Shown one piece after another: positions 59,798-64,000 of a stretch of 64,000 bases of DNA. The stretch's first letter is position 1. Each line of letters begins with the position of its first letter. The DNA comes from a bacterium. Its GTDB lineage: Bacteria; UBA8248; JACPRG01; G963555815. The translations under genes and the position numbers were made by a program. The stretch is from positions 4,768,001 through 4,832,000 of the forward strand of contig OZ244653.1 of NCBI GenBank assembly GCA_965218795.1. The letters are read 5' to 3'. The notes beneath the pieces were generated by a model. It did not search any database. It saw nothing but the letters and a program-made list of their open reading frames with translations, and was not told the origin of the DNA.

Positions 59798-62278
59798 TCA
59801 TCGCAGTTCGGCTTGAAAGTCACCCGCCAGCTTGGCAACGATTCGATCGTGAACTTCGGCCACCTCTTCACCCGTCAGTGTCCGTTCGTCCGACCGATAT
59901 TCGAGAGCGAATGCAATGCTCTTGTTTCCTGCAGGGATGTTCTCTCCCGTATGGACGTCGAAGGCTTCGGCCGATCGAACCAGGGGTGAACCCGCATCAA
60001 GAATCGTCCGCCGAAGCTCCTGCATGGTTACCTCCTGGGGCACGACGACAGCCAAATCCCTCGATGAGGCCGGAAACTTCGGCAATGGCTGGAACCGAGG
60101 GGACCGCCGCATCGCGTCTTCCAAAGGATCCGCCTTGATCTCGAACAGGAACACCGGCTGCGCAATGTCAAGGGATCGCAGGATGTCCGGATGGATTTCA
60201 CCCACCTCGCCGACCCTTTCCTCTTGCTTTAGCTCCCCCCATTTACACCAAACCGTACCTGATCGGGCTGGATGGAATGGCCTTCCCGAACCCGGGGTGA
60301 AGGATACGTCCTTGATGCCGAACGAATCGAAAAGATGCTCCAATATTCCCTTTATGTCGTAAAAGTCTCGTCCCTGGTCCTTGTGCGTCCAGGTCTTCCG
60401 CTCACTGCCTTGGTTCAAAAGGGCAGCGATATGCAGCGGCTCGATGGGTAGTGGATCGGAGGGAGACTCGGGCCGAGGAAGAAATACGCGTCCAGCCTCA
60501 TAGATTTGAACGTCTTGAACGTTATGGTTTAAATTCGCCGCGGCATTTTTCAACAGGCCGGGCCAAAGTCTGGGACGAAGCAAGGCAGCCCCTTGACTCA
60601 TCGGGTTCAACAGCCGAACCGTACCGCCGTTGGCATCACCACCTGAGAGATCCGTCGGTTTTTCTTCTGGTGAATCGTGTTCCGGTGGATCTTGAGCCGA
60701 TAGTTCCCGATCCGATACGAAGCTCAGGTTGACAGCTTCTACGAGGCCCGCTCCGCTCAGCACTTCCCCGACGCGGCAGAGCAACTCCCATTCGGAAGGC
60801 GGCCCAAAATGGATTTCCCCGGATGACGGCAGGGTGGCGGGGAACCTGTCGTATCCGTGAATGCGGGCCACCTCTTCGATCACATCGATTTCCCGCGTCA
60901 AATCCGGCCGGTGAAGCGGAACTTGAATGGCGATATGGTCTTGTTCCCTGATCGGCGTTGCCTCCAAACCAAGGCAAAGGAGAATTTCCGATACCTCACG
61001 GATCGAAAGATCCATTCCCAAAACGCGCTTGATTTGGGGCGTCCGTAGAATGATATTCCTTTTTTCGAGAAGATCGGTTTGGCAGACATCGGCGAAACCC
61101 CGAGCGGTTCGCCCCCCGGCCATACATCGTATCAACTCGGCAACGCGGTCCAGGGCCAAGTGTGTACCTTCAGGGTTCACGCCACGCTCGAACCGGTAAG
61201 AGGCCTCCGTGGAGATACCCAAAGCGCGCGCCGTTCTTCGGACACTTTCCGGTTGGAAATACGCGCTTTCCAACACAATGGAGGTCGATTTGAGGTCGAC
61301 TTCGGAATTCATGCCTCCCATAACGCCCCCGATGGCCACTGGGCCCTCCCTGTCGCAGATCATGCAGGCGGATTCGGGGGGGACCCGTTCTTCATTGTCC
61401 AGTGTCCAGAAGGATTCCCCCGCGCCGCCGGTCCATTCGCGCACGACGATCCTGCCGCCCCGGATTTTCTCCAGATCGAATGCGTGCAGCGGCTGCCCTC
61501 TCTCGTGCATCACGTAATTGGTTGCGTCCACCACGTTGTTGATAGGCCGAATTCCCGAGTGATGAAGGCGCCATTGCATCCAGAGCGGGGAGACCCCCAT
61601 CTCCACGCCTTGGATGACCCGGGCGGTATAGCGGGGGCAGAGCGCGGGAGTCTCGACCGCAACTTCGAGCAGCTCCTGAACGGGAGTCCCGTGTTCGAGG
61701 ACTCTTGGCTTCGAAGGATGAAGGGGGATTCTTTGAAGACTGGCCACCTCCCGCGCGATTCCCAGGATGCTCAGACAATCCCCGCGATTGGGCGTCACCT
61801 CCACTTCAAAAACGTAATCGGAAAGACCTGCCGCTTCACTCAGAGGCGCCCCCACTTCACAGGTTTCATCCAGAACCCAGATCCCGTCCTGCGCGTCCTG
61901 GAAGCCCAGTTCGCCGGCAGAACAGATCATTCCCTCTGAGAGGACGCCTCGGATCTCGGTCGCCTCAATCCTCTTTCTACTCGGGAGCATCGTGTCTGGC
62001 GGGACCACCGCAACCCGCTGACCTCGTGCGACATTCGGCGCGCCGCAAACGATCTTTTTCATTTCGTCTCCGGTTGAAACCGTACAGACCTGAAGCTTGT
62101 CCGCCTGGGGATGCGGGGAAATCTCGAGGATCTCACCGACGCGAATCGGCTCGAATTCCACCCCCACGCGCTCGACGCTTCCGGCTTCGACGCCGCTCAT
62201 GGTAAGGCCTTGGGTCAATTCTTCCGGTGACCCTTCATAGTCCACAAATTCTTTTAGCCAACTCCAGATGACGCGCAA
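59798..62278 (-). CDS. pheT: Phenylalanyl-tRNA synthetase beta subunit
   Basis: HPQADKL, VCGAPN, TPNRGDC, NNVVD.TNY, RFERG and FP...RDLA. Confidence 0.97.
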   Translation of the reverse strand: MRVIWSWLKEFVDYEGSPEELTQGLTMSGVEAGSVERVGVEFEPIRVGEILEISPHPQADKLQVCTVSTGDEMKKIVCGAPNVARGQRVAVVPPDTMLPSRKRIEATEIRGVLSEGMICSAGELGFQDAQDGIWVLDETCEVGAPLSEAAGLSDYVFEVEVTPNRGDCLSILGIAREVASLQRIPLHPSKPRVLEHGTPVQELLEVAVETPALCPRYTARVIQGVEMGVSPLWMQWRLHHSGIRPINNVVDATNYVMHERGQPLHAFDLEKIRGGRIVVREWTGGAGESFWTLDNEERVPPESACMICDREGPVAIGGVMGGMNSEVDLKSTSIVLESAYFQPESVRRTARALGISTEASYRFERGVNPEGTHLALDRVAELIRCMAGGRTARGFADVCQTDLLEKRNIILRTPQIKRVLGMDLSIREVSEILLCLGLEATPIREQDHIAIQVPLHRPDLTREIDVIEEVARIHGYDRFPATLPSSGEIHFGPPSEWELLCRVGEVLSGAGLVEAVNLSFVSDRELSAQDPPEHDSPEEKPTDLSGGDANGGTVRLLNPMSQGAALLRPRLWPGLLKNAAANLNHNVQDVQIYEAGRVFLPRPESPSDPLPIEPLHIAALLNQGSERKTWTHKDQGRDFYDIKGILEHLFDSFGIKDVSFTPGSGRPFHPARSGTVWCKWGELKQEERVGEVGEIHPDILRSLDIAQPVFLFEIKADPLEDAMRRSPRFQPLPKFPASSRDLAVVVPQEVTMQELRRTILDAGSPLVRSAEAFDVHTGENIPAGNKSIAFALEYRSDERTLTGEEVAEVHDRIVAKLAGDFQAELR

Positions 62279-62312
62279 GGTTCAGGCTTCCGGCGAGAAG
62301 TGAGTGACGGCT

Positions 62313-63323
62313 CTAGAACTGAGACAGGAAACGTATATCATTTTCAAAAAACAGGCGGATGTCGTCGATTCCGTATTTGAGCATGGCGACCCGTTCCACC
62401 CCCAGACCAAACGCGAAGCCGGTCACCTCTTCGGGGTCGTATCCGACGAACCCATACACGTCCGGGTCCACCATCCCGGCCCCGAGAATCTCCAGCCAGC
62501 CGGTCGACCCGCAAACCCGGCAACCCTTCCCGCCGCACATGACGCACTGGATATCGACCTCGGCGCTCGGTTCGGTAAAGGGAAAAAAACTGGGTCGGAA
62601 TCGCACGCCCACCTCCTGGCCGAACATGCCGTGAACGAACGTGGAGAGGGTCCCGCGAAGATCGCCGAAGGTCACATGGCGGTCCACGAACAACCCCTCC
62701 ACCTGATGGAACATGGGCGAATGGGAGACATCGGCGTCCATTCGGTACACCTTGCCCGGGGCGATGATCTTCACGGGGGGCTTGCGTTTCTCCATCACGC
62801 GAATCTGGACGGGAGACGTATGGGTCCGGAGGAGCCTCGACTCTGAGAGATAAAATGTATCATGCATGTCGCGGGCTGGATGATCAGCCGGAATATTCAG
62901 GGCTTCGAAGTTGTAGTAATCGAGCTCGACTTCGGGTCCCTCCGCGATTTCAAACCCCAGCCGGTGGAATATCCTCAGAATCTCATCCATGACTTGTGAA
63001 ATCGGGTGTCGATGACCGTGGGGCAGTGATCGCCCCGGAAGCGTGACGTCAAATCCCGAAGCGGTCTTTTGGAGCGACGCTCGCCGAATGGCTTCCCGAC
63101 GTCTCTCAATGACGGCCTCGACTTCGGTTTCCACGGCATGGACGGCTTTGCCGAATTCGGGGCGCTGTTCTTTGGGAATATCACCCATGCGCTTCAGTTG
63201 CTGGGTCACGATTCCCTTCCGGCCCAGGAATCTGGCTTTGACGGAATAGAGTTCCTCTTCCGAGCGGGCCGCTTCCGCTTCCTCTGCTGCGATGCGCGGG
63301 AGATCCCTCAGGTCTTCACTCAT
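62313..63323 (-). CDS. pheS: Phenylalanyl-tRNA synthetase alpha subunit
   Basis: HPARDMHDTF, RTHTSPVQ, FFPFTEPS and GFAFGLGVER. Confidence 0.97.
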   Translation of the reverse strand: MSEDLRDLPRIAAEEAEAARSEEELYSVKARFLGRKGIVTQQLKRMGDIPKEQRPEFGKAVHAVETEVEAVIERRREAIRRASLQKTASGFDVTLPGRSLPHGHRHPISQVMDEILRIFHRLGFEIAEGPEVELDYYNFEALNIPADHPARDMHDTFYLSESRLLRTHTSPVQIRVMEKRKPPVKIIAPGKVYRMDADVSHSPMFHQVEGLFVDRHVTFGDLRGTLSTFVHGMFGQEVGVRFRPSFFPFTEPSAEVDIQCVMCGGKGCRVCGSTGWLEILGAGMVDPDVYGFVGYDPEEVTGFAFGLGVERVAMLKYGIDDIRLFFENDIRFLSQF

Positions 63324-63476
63324 GAATCCTCGGCCTGAAAAAAGCAACGACCCTCCCTGATTCGGGCGGGTCGAATACGGAAAAGGTCATTCCCTGACCG
63401 GTGACGAAGTCGAAAGATTGGGCGCGTTGCGGCTGAAAAACCCGTACCGCATGGTCGGATCGCTGCTCGGGTGCGG

Positions 63477-63830
63477 TCACAGATGTTCTTTAGCGAGGGA
63501 GGCCAGTTTGGCAAACGCCTGCACGTCGTTGACAGCCAGATCGGCGAGGACCTTGCGGTCCAGAGAAACCTGCGCCTGTTGAAGGCCGTGAATGAACTGG
63601 CTGTAGGATAGGCCGTGCTCGCGGGTCGCCGCATTGATGCGAGTGATCCACAGTCGGCGGAACTGGCGCTTTCGTTGACGGCGATCGCGGTAAGCGAAAG
63701 CGAGACCCCGTTCTACCGTTTCGCGGGCAATGCGGAAGTTACTGTGCCTCCGACCCCAATAACCTTTCGCCTGCTTCAGGATTTTCTTATGCCTGCGCTT
63801 GGTCGCAGGGGAGCTTGTGGCGCGGGGCAT
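63477..63830 (-). CDS. rplT: 50S ribosomal protein L20
   Basis: MPRA...[33 protein letters not shown] and LDRKVLA. Confidence 0.97.
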   Translation of the reverse strand: MPRATSSPATKRRHKKILKQAKGYWGRRHSNFRIARETVERGLAFAYRDRRQRKRQFRRLWITRINAATREHGLSYSQFIHGLQQAQVSLDRKVLADLAVNDVQAFAKLASLAKEHL

Positions 63831-63840
63831 GGCTCCACTC

Positions 63841-64000
63841 CTATCTCTTGCCGAGGAGAACGCGAACTCGCTGGGTATCTCCCGGTGAAGCCAGGGGGGA
63901 CTTTCTCAGCGACCGTTTTCGTTTCCTCGTCTTATGGGTCAACAGATGGCTCTTATATGCATGGTTGCGCCGCACCTTGCCTTTGCCAGTCAGACGAAAG
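63841..64000 (-). CDS. rpmI: 50S ribosomal protein L35 (partial, 5' end outside window)
   Basis: Manual translation [33 protein letters not shown]...; upstream of rplT. Confidence 0.9.
   Translation of the reverse strand, partial: FRLTGKGKVRRNHAYKSHLLTHKTRKRKRSLRKSPLASPGDTQRVRVLLGKR

Noticed and set aside
63324-63476. T-box or PheM-type attenuator before pheS
   Set aside because: No T-box consensus, Phe-rich leader or terminator seen.

Overview
GC-rich (roughly 55-60% by eye) bacterial chromosome segment. The gene orders rpmI-rplT-pheST-zapB-zapA-6S-ygfA-rny-ymdB, tmk-holB-PSP1-metG-tatD/rSAM, hrcA with a CIRCE, and rtcB-archease suggest a Deltaproteobacteria/Nitrospinota/Nitrospirota-like organism; this is an inference. 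The first ~6.4 kb is a decaying mobile zone. It holds two IS3-family elements, an IS-truncated ImmA/IrrE-type gene, an NSS transporter with an internal TGA, an M20 peptidase scrap and two tandem frameshifted tyrosine integrases. The rest is mostly housekeeping genes, with several eroded gene remnants in the spacers (ABC ATPase, glnA, IS481). Regulatory elements read directly from the sequence are a trpE ribosome-mediated attenuator with an unannotated 18-aa Trp-rich leader, a CIRCE at groESL, a sigma-54 promoter before an orphan 73-aa protein, 6S RNA and an inverted pair of palindromic repeats. The best leads for novelty are a PTPS/QueD homologue with Ser at the catalytic Cys position clustered with a pteridine reductase and a methyltransferase, the tandem integrase pair, the sigma-54 small protein and a PAP2-ArnT fusion. 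I cannot establish a clearly new system from the sequence alone. No CRISPR, rRNA or tRNA was seen.
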